From positions 1,491-34,876 of the forward strand of contig CAYVLA010000026.1 in NCBI GenBank assembly GCA_964452145.1: 33,386 nucleotides of DNA, given 5' to 3'. A program made the position numbers and the translations under genes. Position 1 is the stretch's first letter. Every line of letters starts with the position of its first letter. This document shows positions 9,399 through 20,109 of this stretch, piece by piece. Source of the DNA: Candidatus Hadarchaeota archaeon (GTDB lineage: Archaea > CAYQAE01 > CAYVLA01). The notes beneath the pieces were generated by a model. The model saw only the letters and a program-made list of their open reading frames with translations. It was not told the DNA's origin and ran no database searches.

Positions 9399-10232
9399 AT
9401 GGACGTGACCGTCGCACTGGTGCAGTTCGACGCCGTTCCGGAGCAGACCGAGCGAAATCTGACTGCCATGGAACGCCTCGCAGAGCGGGCGGTCGGACTT
9501 GGCTCAAGGTGGGTTGTCTTCCATGAGGGAACGGTCGCCGACTATACCCCCAGGCTATCCGAGCTTGCGGAGCCCGTTCCGGAGGGAAGATCGACCGGGA
9601 AGATGGCTCACCTAGCCAGAAGGCTCGGCTGCTTCATCTCTTTCGGCCTTTCCGAGGTGGAGCAGGAACGCTACCACATCGCCCAGGTCTTCGTCGGGCC
9701 CGAGGGCTTCATCTACCGTTACAGGAAGACGTGGCTGTGGAGATCCGAAAACGATGAGGGATACAGGAACGAGTGGGCGAGGTATGACCCGGGGACGGGT
9801 CCAGAGCTCTTCACCATCGACGAAGTGAGAGCGACTTGCTTCATATGCGCTGACGGGGAGGCGCCCAGATGCATCCAGAGGGCACGTGACCTCAAACCCC
9901 AGGTCGTCTTCTACCCCAACAACCGCGGCGGCCTCCCCGGTTTCAAGGTCTTCGGGGCCAGGGCCAAGGAGACCGGTGCCCCCATGCTGGTCACAAACCG
10001 TGTCGGGCGATCCTGGAAACACGATTGCGTGGGAGGGTGCGTGGTTTACTCCTCCGGTGGCAAAGTCCTAGCCAAGGCGAACAGGAAGGGGGAGGAGGAG
10101 ATCCTAGTCCACAGACTCAGGCTTGCGACGCCTGCAAGGCGAACGAAGACGCGACGCCGCCCGACCCGGGGAGAGGTTCGAATCGCGTCCAGCCCGACTC
10201 ACCAGCACAGGACGTCGACCCGGCACCTGTGA
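9399..10232 (+). CDS. Carbon-nitrogen hydrolase (nitrilase/amidase superfamily)
   Basis: VALVQF; Glu-Lys-Cys triad motifs FHEG, YRKTWL, ICADG; NRVG; SD GGAGG upstream. Confidence 0.9.
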   Translation: MDVTVALVQFDAVPEQTERNLTAMERLAERAVGLGSRWVVFHEGTVADYTPRLSELAEPVPEGRSTGKMAHLARRLGCFISFGLSEVEQERYHIAQVFVGPEGFIYRYRKTWLWRSENDEGYRNEWARYDPGTGPELFTIDEVRATCFICADGEAPRCIQRARDLKPQVVFYPNNRGGLPGFKVFGARAKETGAPMLVTNRVGRSWKHDCVGGCVVYSSGGKVLAKANRKGEEEILVHRLRLATPARRTKTRRRPTRGEVRIASSPTHQHRTSTRHL

Positions 10233-10464
10233 CCGTGCCCGCGGTCGCTCTGGATGAACCGGAACTCAACGTGTTTTCGGAACCACACTGAGACTTGGAG
10301 CATGAGGGCCACAGGTTCGACCGGTCCGCGAAGCTCGGTGACCAACCCCGGTGTGAGGAACGAAAGTGTGGCCATGAGGCTCACCCTGGGACTTGACTTT
10401 CACAGTGACTCGCAGACCCACTGGCCAAGGAGCACTGACCAGACTGCCGCTCCGCATTCAGCTG

Positions 10465-10490
10465 GAAAGAGAGAAAAAAAGGGAGGAGAA
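10465..10490 (-). terminator. Archaeal-type oligo-T/pyrimidine terminator
   Basis: TTCTCCTCCCTTTTTTTCTCTCTTTC on the minus strand, about 17 nt after the stop at 10507. Confidence 0.55.
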
Positions 10491-10506
10491 GTGGTGAGGC
10501 AGCGAT

Positions 10507-12018
10507 TCACTCCCTTCCCCTCATCAAACCGATCAGCACCAGTGCAGCAATGCTCAGCAACTGAGCCTCAGAGATCGGGAACCACATCGAGTTCGACGCC
10601 GATGCTTTCAGCTTGAGCCAGCCAGCCGCAGCCTGATGTGAACCCGGGAGGGAACAGTGGTAGAACTCCGTCCAGTACCCATTCGCGGGGAACTTGCCGT
10701 TCATGGTGAGGCAGTAAACCATGGTTTCGCCGTGGGTGTTGCCGTTCAACTCAGCGATCCACTCTGAGACGCCGTCACCGTCGACATCGCCCCACCATGC
10801 ACCGTTCTCCGCCCGCCTGTTGATGGCGATATGGCTGTTGACATAGTAGCCCTTCACGGCCCCGGTCTTAGCATCCATCACGATTGGGTAGGGCGCAAGC
10901 CACAGGATCTCCTGGGCTCCATCACCATCGATATCAGCGATCAGCTGGTAGCTCGACCATTGATTGGCAATTGCGCCTGCCGGGATCACTCCCTCGCGCG
11001 AGAGCTGAGTCAGATTTGCCCCCCACTTGGTCACCGGCTTGGCCTTGCCTATGTCGACCACGTACACCTTGGTATTGGTCATGATGACCATCTCCATGCT
11101 TCCATCACCGTCGACATCGCCCATGGCCTGCTGGAGTCTGAGCCCGGTGGTCTCTACGGGGGACCATCTGCCGAGCTCGGTTCCATAGAAGCTGACAACG
11201 AAGAACTGGGCAGACTCGGTCCACACGACGACTTCGTACTCGCCATCGTTGTTCACATCGGCAACCAACGCGTTCTCACATGATCCGCCCACGTCGAACC
11301 TCCACTTCTCCATGCCAGTATCAGCCGAGATGCAGTAGACGTTGCGGTCCAAGCTTGCGTACACGATGTCGTAGGCACCATCCCTGTCGATGTCGCAGAT
11401 CGCCGGATGAGCGTTGTTCCCCGAGCCTGATTGGGCCGATGTCCAGACAAGCTTTCCGGTGTGATCAAGTCGGTATATGTAGCCCTTGTTGTCATTGACG
11501 AAGAACTCGACAAAGCCGTCTCCGTCCACATCGTAGGCCTGGGGACCGCCATACATCTCTGCATCGGAGCTAGGATTGTTCCAGACCCACAGAACCGAGC
11601 CGTCGGACTTGAGCACCTGGAACTTGCCACCTCTACCGGCCAAGCAGATCTCGTACTTGCCATCATTGTTGACGTCGACGAACGAGATCTTGGTGGTCGG
11701 ATCGCCGGGAAGACCGTCCTCGGTGATGCGCGGATAGACCCACTTGAGCGTTCCATCCGGGTTGAGACACCACAGCCTCTTGCTGTCCCCTCTTCTGGTA
11801 CCGAAGTAGATCTCATTCTTGCCGTCCCTGTCGGCATCGCAGGCCGCTATGCCGCCCACGTGGCCTGCGCCGAATGACTTCCCCGGGAAGGCAGCGCTGG
11901 TGTTGAAGTACCACTTGACGCTCAATCCCTTCTTCTGCTCGCCGGGCAATTGCCCCAGCACAGGGGCGAGCAGCATGATCGAGACCAGCAAACCGATCAG
12001 TGTCGTCACTTTGTCCAA
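10507..12018 (-). CDS. FG-GAP/PQQ-like beta-propeller surface protein with PEF-CTERM-like tail
   Basis: Many DxDxDG repeats (DVNNDG, DVDGDG, DIDRDG); signal peptide after TTG 12018 with SD GGAGGTGA (12030-12023); ends PISEAQLLSIAALVLIGLMRGRE. Confidence 0.88.
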   Translation of the reverse strand: MDKVTTLIGLLVSIMLLAPVLGQLPGEQKKGLSVKWYFNTSAAFPGKSFGAGHVGGIAACDADRDGKNEIYFGTRRGDSKRLWCLNPDGTLKWVYPRITEDGLPGDPTTKISFVDVNNDGKYEICLAGRGGKFQVLKSDGSVLWVWNNPSSDAEMYGGPQAYDVDGDGFVEFFVNDNKGYIYRLDHTGKLVWTSAQSGSGNNAHPAICDIDRDGAYDIVYASLDRNVYCISADTGMEKWRFDVGGSCENALVADVNNDGEYEVVVWTESAQFFVVSFYGTELGRWSPVETTGLRLQQAMGDVDGDGSMEMVIMTNTKVYVVDIGKAKPVTKWGANLTQLSREGVIPAGAIANQWSSYQLIADIDGDGAQEILWLAPYPIVMDAKTGAVKGYYVNSHIAINRRAENGAWWGDVDGDGVSEWIAELNGNTHGETMVYCLTMNGKFPANGYWTEFYHCSLPGSHQAAAGWLKLKASASNSMWFPISEAQLLSIAALVLIGLMRGRE

Positions 12019-12158
12019 TGTGTCACCTCCCCATAACTGGTTGAGACGATACGATATCAGGAAAGTCATGCCCCACGAGCCGAGGAGCCCGATGACCGCT
12101 TCGCCCCCAACCCGCGAGACCTGCACGACTGGTCCTGCGGTGCACGCAGAACAGCGCC

Positions 12159-12172
12159 ATTTAATAAATTTA
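12159..12172. promoter_or_regulatory. AT-rich TATA-like element in divergent intergenic region
   Basis: ATTTAATAAATTTA in a GC-rich background between divergent genes. Confidence 0.45.
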
Positions 12173-12362
12173 GTGGGCTGGGCGCTGGCGCATAGCATAG
12201 CACATGGCTAGATATGCTGGCACTCCCATGATAGACCCATCCTCGGGCCCATCAGCCGCCGACTCCTTGGCCAAACGCTAGCTCATATCGGCCGACTACT
12301 TCCAGAAAGGAGAGACCCAGCCAATCGCAAACGGGAGAATAAGTTAAGAGCATCCAACCGGA

Positions 12363-13613
12363 GTGACAAACACATTGCCCTGTCGGTTCCGTGTGGCCCT
12401 GGTTCTGTCGGTGCTGGCAATGCTGTTGCTCTTGCCTGCCTGCCATGGCGGCGAGAAGATCAGGATCCTCATCGCTGGAAACGTGGAGAGCATCGGCTAC
12501 CTGAGGAGGTTTTTCGATTCAGAACCGGGGGTGACCTACCACGCGGTCCCAGCTCGCGACCCTGGAGCCCTCTTCGGGCTCAGGGAGGCGGACCTCGTGA
12601 GGATGATCAGGCAGTACTTCCCTAGGACGTATGAGGACTTGACGACCTCTGACGTTCTGATCCTCACCTCTCCGGAGTACTACCTTTTCACCCCAAAGCA
12701 GGATCAGTGGATGTACCAAGCCATCACCGAGGGGATGGGCGGGATAAACGATATGAGCGTCTTCAGCATCGTCTCCGGTATCGCCGAGTCCTGGTCCAAC
12801 TCCATCACACAGAGGGCATTCCCCAACGATGCGCCGGCGGTGACCGCCAGATCCTGCGGGGAATCCCCCGGCAGCGCCTTCAGGGTGGTGATAAACAGGG
12901 AGGCCTCGTTCCCCATTCTCACGGGCTTCATACCCTTCGGGGTGGAGGATGTCATCGCGCCAGGCGGATCCAGGATGGTGATCCACAGGGAGGGGTCGGA
13001 GGTGCTTGCCTGGCAGCTGGGGAATTTCGGCAACGTCAAGGTCGACTACATCGCTGCGTGGGAATACGAGAGCGGCAGAACCATAACCAATGGTAACGGC
13101 ATGGGCATCTGCTGGCAGGGATATCCCACGAATCCCCGGGACAACCAGTACTCCCCGGACATCCTGATGAACATGGTGTACTGGCTTGCCCAGAGGAAGC
13201 TCATCGAAGACATCGCGGTCTTCCATCGCATCAAAAGCAACTTCGCCGAATACAGATCCAGAATGTCCGTCCTCATATCCCTAACGGACTTCGTCGACAA
13301 ATTCGGTGCAAACACACAGAGAATACAGACCGAACTCAACGTACTCAACGACCTCTACGACAAGGCCGCGGCCCACTACCTAGACCAGGACTTCGTCAAG
13401 TGCGAAAGCTCCATACTGGACGGCATCAAGCACTTCCCCAAGGCAGAAGACGTAGCCAAGAAAGAGAAAAACAAGGCCCTCGTCTGGGCATACGTCATCG
13501 AATGGCTCATGACGGCCTCGACCCTATTCCTCTCGGGATTCATCCTCTGGACCCTCATGGTCAGGCGAAAACTGTACCGAGAGATCGATGCCACCAGGCT
13601 GAAGCCGATTTGA
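12363..13613 (+). CDS. GATase-like surface protein with stalk and TM (paralog 2 of 5)
   Basis: Signal peptide; YFPRTY, EGMGG, KFGANT, KNKALVWAYVIEW, LWTLMVRRKLYRE. Confidence 0.82.
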   Translation: MTNTLPCRFRVALVLSVLAMLLLLPACHGGEKIRILIAGNVESIGYLRRFFDSEPGVTYHAVPARDPGALFGLREADLVRMIRQYFPRTYEDLTTSDVLILTSPEYYLFTPKQDQWMYQAITEGMGGINDMSVFSIVSGIAESWSNSITQRAFPNDAPAVTARSCGESPGSAFRVVINREASFPILTGFIPFGVEDVIAPGGSRMVIHREGSEVLAWQLGNFGNVKVDYIAAWEYESGRTITNGNGMGICWQGYPTNPRDNQYSPDILMNMVYWLAQRKLIEDIAVFHRIKSNFAEYRSRMSVLISLTDFVDKFGANTQRIQTELNVLNDLYDKAAAHYLDQDFVKCESSILDGIKHFPKAEDVAKKEKNKALVWAYVIEWLMTASTLFLSGFILWTLMVRRKLYREIDATRLKPI

Positions 13614-14127
13614 CACGAAGGCCGGATGGGCAGCGGGCAACCGGGATGCCGCCCAAGTGAGTCTTCCATGAGAACCATCGGCAAGATCGGGACGGTCGGG
13701 AGAGAAGCCTCTCGCCGCCCGATCTGTTTCGGAGCATGACACATTGGGATGGAGACCAGAATGCCAGTTGCCTCCGGGAGCATTGGGCATCCTCTCTCCG
13801 CACCTTCTCTATTTCTCGGGTTGTGCGGGATGATCGAATCCCCGGCAGACTTGTACGGCTTTGTGAGCCAGTGCTTCAACACATTGCTCCCGTACATGAC
13901 AGGCTCAGCCCTTTCCTGCGTCTGAGCAGGGGGATCGTTCCCAAGATCCTGTTCAGCACATATGTGGACCCGGTGCGGTCTCCTCCCAAGACCTTCACCC
14001 ACCCCGTAGCTGTACATGTACCGTCCGTACCTTTCTATGCTCTGGCTTCCCCGTCGTTCTCATGATCTACCCAAAGAGATATATCAGTGCTGAGTTCTGC
14101 CACCGTCGGGTTGAGGAGGGCTCGCGG

Positions 14128-15384
14128 ATGGGAGGTGGCGCGCGGCCATGGTTGAGGCTGAGTCTGGGGCTCCTCGCCATCTCTCTGCTGTCACCCTTTG
14201 CCCTCGGCGCAGGCCAGATCCGCGTACTGGCGATAGGCCAGGTCATGCCCGGAATGTGCCCCATCTCACTGTGGTTTGATGCGGATCCACTCGTCGACTA
14301 CCGCCTTGTCCCCACCAAGGACTTGGGAGCGGTTGGCAACGATCGAGATTGGGAGAGAGCGGTGCGCCTCTACTTCCCCAAGACAAGACAGGCCCTGACA
14401 GAGGGCTTCGACTTCCTAGTCTTCCCCGATGGAAATCTGTACCCGTTCTCCCCATCCCAGATAGCCGACATGAAGTACGCCGTTGAGAACGGGCTGGGAG
14501 CATTCGTCACGATGGGAGGGGGCCTATCCAACCCAGGCGGCTCGGTGTACCCGAGCTGGATGGGCTCGGTGCTGAGCGAGATGCTGCCAGTCGAGCTCAA
14601 CGAGAGGATGAAGGCGGACTCTTCCGTCTTCACCATAAGGATCGTCAAGAACGATCCCCCGGTCCTGTCGATTTTCATGCCCCTGGGGATAGAGACGATC
14701 CGAGGCGCCCAGTTCTCGCATCTCACCACAAGGGCTGGCGCAACGGTCTGGAGCAGGTTGAGGGTCGTGCAGGCGGCGGGCATATCTCTCGGCCTCGGGA
14801 AGGAGACCGACTGGCTGATCTCCTGGAGGGTCGGACCGACGGGCGGGATCTTCTGGGCCGTGGCGGATGACCTCGATGCTAGGTGGTGGTCATCGGTGCT
14901 TGGCCCATGCGAAAACGAGTACGCAGGCGATGTCTTCGTCAACATCCTCCTTCACTCCACCGGAGCCCCGCTGCCCCAGGACATCCTCCAGCTGCACCGT
15001 CTTCGAAGGCTCTACTTCAACTACAACGTGGAAAGAGCATTGCTGATCAGCCTGCTCGACTTCATCGATGGTCTTGGGGCGAACACGCAAGGCGTGTACG
15101 TCCAGATGGAGGAGGTTGACAGCCTCAGGCTGGCATCCTTCGACAGGTATCGGGCCTACAGCTTCGCCGATGCCATGCAGATCATGGAGTCGGCCATGTC
15201 CAGGTTCGCAGCTCTGAGTAACGACGCCATGGACCTGAAAGATAGGGCGCTTCTCTGGGTATACCTGACTCAGTGGGGGGCGGTTAGTGGGACCTCCCTT
15301 GCCTGTGGGTTCGTGCTGTGGACGCTGATGGTGCGCCGCGGACTGTACCGAGAGGTAGCTACCACACGCCTCAAAGTGCGATGA
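14128..15384 (+). CDS. GATase-like surface protein with stalk and TM (paralog 3 of 5)
   Basis: Signal peptide; YFPKT, NGLGAFVTMGG, EMLPV, GLGANT, KDRALLWVYLTQW, LWTLMVRRGLYRE. Start 14128 has SD GAGGAGG; TTG 14152 is an alternative. Confidence 0.82.
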   Translation: MGGGARPWLRLSLGLLAISLLSPFALGAGQIRVLAIGQVMPGMCPISLWFDADPLVDYRLVPTKDLGAVGNDRDWERAVRLYFPKTRQALTEGFDFLVFPDGNLYPFSPSQIADMKYAVENGLGAFVTMGGGLSNPGGSVYPSWMGSVLSEMLPVELNERMKADSSVFTIRIVKNDPPVLSIFMPLGIETIRGAQFSHLTTRAGATVWSRLRVVQAAGISLGLGKETDWLISWRVGPTGGIFWAVADDLDARWWSSVLGPCENEYAGDVFVNILLHSTGAPLPQDILQLHRLRRLYFNYNVERALLISLLDFIDGLGANTQGVYVQMEEVDSLRLASFDRYRAYSFADAMQIMESAMSRFAALSNDAMDLKDRALLWVYLTQWGAVSGTSLACGFVLWTLMVRRGLYREVATTRLKVR

Positions 15385-15603
15385 GGACAAGCAATCTCAT
15401 CCACCCACACAAGGATCTGGTAACGGGCATCGTCCTTCTTCAATCTATCCGACAGGATCTCATCCTGCTGTATGTGCGATACAGATGGGCGCCAGCCAGA
15501 CCATGGGATTGGCCTCCGCTCGGTTGACTCACGGACTCACGGCAAAGTATCATCTCTATTCCACCGTGGCTCGCTGAGCCCCTTCCAGTCGGCAGCGAAC
15601 GAG

Positions 15604-15617
15604 CCGAAATTTATTTC
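15604..15617 (+). promoter_or_regulatory. Putative BRE/TATA promoter (leaderless transcript)
   Basis: CCGAAA-TTTATTTC ending about 27 nt before ATG 15644. Confidence 0.5.
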
Positions 15618-15643
15618 AGAGAATCTGGCCAAACAGGGTCACC

Positions 15644-16883
15644 ATGCCCTTCTTGAGGCCGTACGGAGGCGCAGGCGTCCTAGCCACGCTTGCCCTCCTA
15701 GCAGCCTCCCTGTCCCCAGCTTGCTGTAGAACCGACCCCGAGAGCAGCCGCATCAGGTTGCTTGTCGTAGGGGAGTGCACACGGTACGAGCCCTACTTCG
15801 TCACACAATTCGCCACGGATCCGAAGATAAACCTGGTCGCAGTCATAACAGCCGGAGACAGGGCCAACCGATCAGAGACGGCGAGATACGTGCGAGTGTT
15901 CATGCCTCGAACGAAGGAACGGTTTCTTGCCGAGATCGATGTCCTCGAGCTCTTCGACTTCGTACCATGGGTGCTTCGAGACTACCACATACAGTGGTTC
16001 CATGATGCGGTGAAGGATCATGGATTCGGCCTGGCCCTGGTGGAAATGGGCTGGTACTTCAGCTACAGAGGCGAACATACAACAAACGATCCCGAGGCTT
16101 GGATGGCCACGGTCCTCTACCAAGCCTATCCCGTGGATCTCGTCCTCTTCAGGCAGAACCAGGGCTCCGCCTATCTCGAAATCGTGGAGAAAACACCGGT
16201 TGTCAACATGCCGGGCTTCGAGGACGCCCCCCTTGGAGGCGTCGCCGGCCTTCAGATTGCCAAGCCAGGATCCCTCCTCCACGCCAGGTATAGGAGTGGG
16301 AAGGAGCCTGCCATCGTTTCCACCACCTACGGAAAAGGCATAACACTGACGCTGCCAACGGGCTGGGACCAACTCTCCGTTGACGCCCAGAAGAACTGGC
16401 GATACTTTGTGGACTTCGTATTGAACCACATCTACTTCGTCGCAGACGCACCCGTGCCCGAGGATCCTGAGCTGGCCCACGGCATCAGAGCCCTTCTTGG
16501 GGCCTACGTCGAGCAGAAGTCCCTCACTCTCTCCTTCATCGACTTCATAGCCAAGTTCGGCGCCAATACCGCCCCCCCTGGAAAGGAGGCTCGGCCAACT
16601 CGAAGAGAGGAAGAAAGAGGCCGACAAGCTGTACCTTGAGAGCGACTACGAGGGCACAAGGGCAGCCATAGCCGAGGTCATGGAGGCCTTCATCGACTTG
16701 GAGGGCGAGTCGGTCCGGATCAGAAGGAGGGCCCTGATGTGGATCTATCTGACCGAGTGGCTCGTGGTGACGGGCACCGCCATGTTCTGCGGCTTCGTCC
16801 TCTGGACCCTGATGGTCAAGAGGCGGTTGTACAGGGAGATCGAGACCACGAAGCTGGCACCCCACGAATCCGGTGAGTATTGA
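15644..16883 (+). pseudogene. GATase-like surface protein paralog 4 of 5, split by a +1 frameshift (real or sequencing error)
   Basis: ORF 15644-16639 carries FMPRT and KFGANT. The family C-terminus (ALMWIYLTEW...LWTLMVKRRLYRE) is in another frame ending 16883. Removing one C from the C7 run 16572-16578 gives a 412-aa protein. Confidence 0.8.
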
Positions 16884-17728
16884 TGGAGAGGAGACTGGCA
16901 GCCATTCTGGCGATCGCAGCGATCTCATCAACAGCCGTCGTCAGCCTGTTCTTCCGCGAGAAGGTGGCCGGTCCCATCGAGATTCTTCGCCGTGACTGGA
17001 ACCTTCCGGTTGACGAGGAAGGAAGGCTTTTGATCCCCACCGAGGAAGGGAGGTTCGCCTACACGCTTTCCCTTGTTGCACGGGAACCGATAGTAGAGCT
17101 TGAGCTTAGGTTTGCCGTCCTAATCAACAGAACCTCCGTCACAAACGCATCCGCCCACCAAACGCCTCACGAACAGATACGAGGAATGCGAGAGGTCGGC
17201 GATCTGATCCAAACGCTCGAGGCCCACTCCAGCCTCCCGGCAACGGGATCCCAGGAGGCCAAGATCGAAGTCGAATGGCGCAGGGCAAGGCACCAGACTA
17301 TGGTCTTGGACTTCACCGAATCCTTAGAACCGCTTTCGCCTACGGAGTCCACAAGGCGCCTCCACACGGTCCACGCATTCATGTTTGACCCGAAAGGCAC
17401 GCTTTCACGCTACTACCGCGGTTCACGGGATCTCTTCCTCGACAGAGAGGAGACGATCGTTGATATCACAATCCAGAGAAATGACAATCTCACCAGGTAT
17501 GCACAGCGTGCAACCGAAGCCGCCGGCACGGTTCCCTTGAGCTTGGCGCCCTCGACGGGCACAATCCGCTTTGGCGGCCTCCGCAAAGACGATCGAATAT
17601 CCGTCACGGTTGCCTTCAACCCCGCAGAGGTGGAGACCAAGGAGGCCCTCATGCACGTGGTCTTGCTCTATGTGAACAGTGAGTACTACACGGGTTTGGG
17701 AACCATCCTGGAGAGGACCAGGAGGTGA
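16880..17728 (+). CDS. N-terminally anchored hypothetical protein (module gene A, copy 1)
   Basis: N-terminal TM; paralog of 30305-31204 (ELRFAVLI/DVRFAYLI, IQRNDNLTRY/ITRNENKTTY, RKDDRISV/RRNDRVSI). Confidence 0.8.
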   Translation: MMERRLAAILAIAAISSTAVVSLFFREKVAGPIEILRRDWNLPVDEEGRLLIPTEEGRFAYTLSLVAREPIVELELRFAVLINRTSVTNASAHQTPHEQIRGMREVGDLIQTLEAHSSLPATGSQEAKIEVEWRRARHQTMVLDFTESLEPLSPTESTRRLHTVHAFMFDPKGTLSRYYRGSRDLFLDREETIVDITIQRNDNLTRYAQRATEAAGTVPLSLAPSTGTIRFGGLRKDDRISVTVAFNPAEVETKEALMHVVLLYVNSEYYTGLGTILERTRR

Positions 17729-17733
17729 CGGCT

Positions 17734-18717
17734 GTGAAGACCTGGACTCACATCTCATGGGCTCTGTGTTTAGCCCTTGCGACGGTAATCCTGTTTCCAC
17801 CCGGCCTACCAGATGGTGGTCCAAAGCCCCTGATACTGGTATATTGCGACCGCCAACCCGGCTATGGCAGGGAGTTGGCCCGGTTGTTAGTTGACGACCG
17901 ACGGATAGATGCCGAGATGGTCCTTCTCGAGACCGAGGAACTCTTCGAGGCGATGATTTACCATCCGTATGTCAAGGTCATCGTGGTGTCTCTCTGCAGA
18001 GACGAGTCCCGAGGATTCGGCGATAGCATCAATCGGTTCTTCGAGGAAGGAGGAGGAATCGTGGGATTGGGATTTGTTGGCTCATGGAGGTCGTCGGGCA
18101 ATGCTAGCAAGCTGGCCTTTCCGCTCTGGGGCAACGAAAACAAGGCAGGCGCATACGACCCTAAGAAGAAGCTGTTCACACACCGCTTCATCAAGGAAGA
18201 GGCCCATCAGGTCACGGAAGGCGTGGGAGACTTCACCTCGGTCGCCCCCCCGCTGCTGGTCCTCAGCTACAACCTGACCGCGGAAACCTATTGGCCCAGA
18301 CGGCCAGAGCACGGAGACTGGAGGGTTCTCTTCAGGGACTCGCTCTACGGGGCTCCCGCAATCGTGGCCTACGAGGCGAATGGGACCTCTGTGACCTTCG
18401 CGACTTTTGGTGGTGACGACTTTGAAAGGAGCCATAGCTACTATGGCCACTTCGCCAGCTTGGATGAGTTCAGAACGCTTTTCACAAACGCGGTCTACTG
18501 GGTGTGGACGCAGGAAAACCGGTACGAGAGCTCGCTGGCGCGATCGACATCCTTCTTTGATCATGCCCGACAGAGGTCACAGGAGATCAGGGACAAGGCC
18601 CAAGAAGCTTCCGAGAGGCGGGACATGGCCAACACACTCCGGATTGCCCTCACCTTCCTTCTTGCTGCAGCTGCTTCCCTTGGCGTCTACTGGGCAGGGT
18701 TTCTGAAGCACCGCTGA
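17734..18717 (+). CDS. GATase/ThuA-like domain protein with coiled coil and C-terminal TM (module gene B, copy 1)
   Basis: SD GGAGGTGA then GTG 17734; FFEEGGGIVGL, HQVTEGV, LFTNAVYWV; paralog of 29262-30302. Confidence 0.8.
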   Translation: MKTWTHISWALCLALATVILFPPGLPDGGPKPLILVYCDRQPGYGRELARLLVDDRRIDAEMVLLETEELFEAMIYHPYVKVIVVSLCRDESRGFGDSINRFFEEGGGIVGLGFVGSWRSSGNASKLAFPLWGNENKAGAYDPKKKLFTHRFIKEEAHQVTEGVGDFTSVAPPLLVLSYNLTAETYWPRRPEHGDWRVLFRDSLYGAPAIVAYEANGTSVTFATFGGDDFERSHSYYGHFASLDEFRTLFTNAVYWVWTQENRYESSLARSTSFFDHARQRSQEIRDKAQEASERRDMANTLRIALTFLLAAAASLGVYWAGFLKHR

Positions 18718-18976
18718 GGGAAGCTGCCACCTTCTCGCCTATAGGCTGAGTCCCGTTAGACCAAGCACTGCACGCCTCGGCCTTGGCCACCAGCAAGACT
18801 GACGGGGAGATGACGGGAAGATCCACCAAGGCCGTGGTTCCCGAAGTCGGTCATCGACCGTCTTCTGACTTGGATGGGCTCTCCCAACGCAACGCGGTGG
18901 ATTCCTCATCTTAGCGGCTGGCCGCTGGGCACACAACAGATAAGAACCCCTTGCAGTACCCGGTGTAAGTGGTACC

Positions 18977-20107
18977 ATGGACTTGGAGCTTTGGATGCAC
19001 GGCATCTCGTCTCAGGAGCCGCAGCACTCCATGGAGAGGTTGCTCGACTTAGGCTTCTCGGCGGTCGTTCTAGGCGCCAACAAAGAGCAGCTGGCTGCTG
19101 CGAAAGCCCTGGGACTCGGCTCGTATGTTTGTACCGGGACTTTCTCAAGGTCCAGGGAGTTCCAGGATGAGAGCTTCCTCGCCGTCGACGTGGAGGGCAC
19201 GCCCCGGGAGTGGTTCGGATCGACCTGCCCCAACAGGGAGCCGGTACGCAGGGCCAACCTTGCGTTGGTGGAGAAGGCCTTGACCGAAACCGAGGCTGAG
19301 GGCATAATGCTGGACGGCTGTCGCTTTGGCTCGCCAGCATCCGGCCTCGATGCCTTCTTCACATGCTTCTGCTCAACCTGCGAAAGGAAAGCAAGGGAGA
19401 AGGGGTATGATTTCCAGAGGATGAGGAAGCACGCAAGGCAGCTTTACCGCAGTCTTGTGGATGGGCACCTTGACAGAACGCTGACCGGACTGGAGCCCTT
19501 CTCGCTCCTACAGTCACTTGCGAGGCTGCCGGGGATCGTTGACTGGATGTCCTTCCGGGCCGAGTGCACAATCGAACACTTCTCCCATGTCTCGGATCTC
19601 GCCAGGGGCTTGGGAGCCAAGATGGGGGCCTACATATTCACGCCCTGTCTGTCCCCGCTGGTGGGCCAGAGATATACCGATCTTGTACGACTCCTGGACA
19701 TCGCATCACCCATGATCTACCGCAACTACCCCGATGATCCTGGGCCGGCCTGCATCAACAAGGAAGCCGCCAGTATCGCCTCCTTCCTGCGCCGAGGGGG
19801 GCTTAAGGACGCTACGGCCGTGGAGACCGTCGTGGGATTCCTTGCCCTTGCCGAGGAAGAGAAGAGCGTGTCGGATCTGGATCGAGAGGTGTCCTTGGAG
19901 TCGGTTGAGCTTGAGCTGAAACGAACACATCGCTTCCTCAAGGGAGGACCCAAGCTGGTCCCGATCCTCTACCTGGGGGATGAACTGGTGGAGAACTCGA
20001 TCCAATCCGCTTCCTCCGTAGGTATGGACGGCGTCAACTTCTTCGTGTACAAGGACGAATGGAGCGGGTTCGTGGAGCGCATATCACAGTGCGTGAAATC
20101 CGGATAG
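18977..20107 (+). CDS. TIM-barrel glycoside-hydrolase-like protein with CxCxxC motif
   Basis: CPNREPVR, EGIMLD, TCFCSTC, DWMSFRAE, SPMIY: pattern of GHL10/DUF187/GH42-like barrels; no signal peptide. Confidence 0.65.
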   Translation: MDLELWMHGISSQEPQHSMERLLDLGFSAVVLGANKEQLAAAKALGLGSYVCTGTFSRSREFQDESFLAVDVEGTPREWFGSTCPNREPVRRANLALVEKALTETEAEGIMLDGCRFGSPASGLDAFFTCFCSTCERKAREKGYDFQRMRKHARQLYRSLVDGHLDRTLTGLEPFSLLQSLARLPGIVDWMSFRAECTIEHFSHVSDLARGLGAKMGAYIFTPCLSPLVGQRYTDLVRLLDIASPMIYRNYPDDPGPACINKEAASIASFLRRGGLKDATAVETVVGFLALAEEEKSVSDLDREVSLESVELELKRTHRFLKGGPKLVPILYLGDELVENSIQSASSVGMDGVNFFVYKDEWSGFVERISQCVKSG

Positions 20108-20109
20108 GT

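Noticed and set aside
10165..10204. GGTTCGAATC...ACCA resembling a tRNA 3' end
   Set aside because: No T-stem or acceptor-stem pairing; lies within the nitrilase ORF tail.
10233..10460. Short ORFs between the nitrilase and FG-GAP genes
   Set aside because: No motifs or convincing translation signals.
13614..14127. About 500-bp gap with ORFs 13376-14017 (-) and 13736-14065 (+)
   Set aside because: No recognisable protein features, SD or repeats; could be a decayed gene but cannot be supported.
18778..18833. 9-bp inverted repeat CGGCCTTGG...CCAAGGCCG
   Set aside because: Long loop, single occurrence, expected by chance at this GC content.
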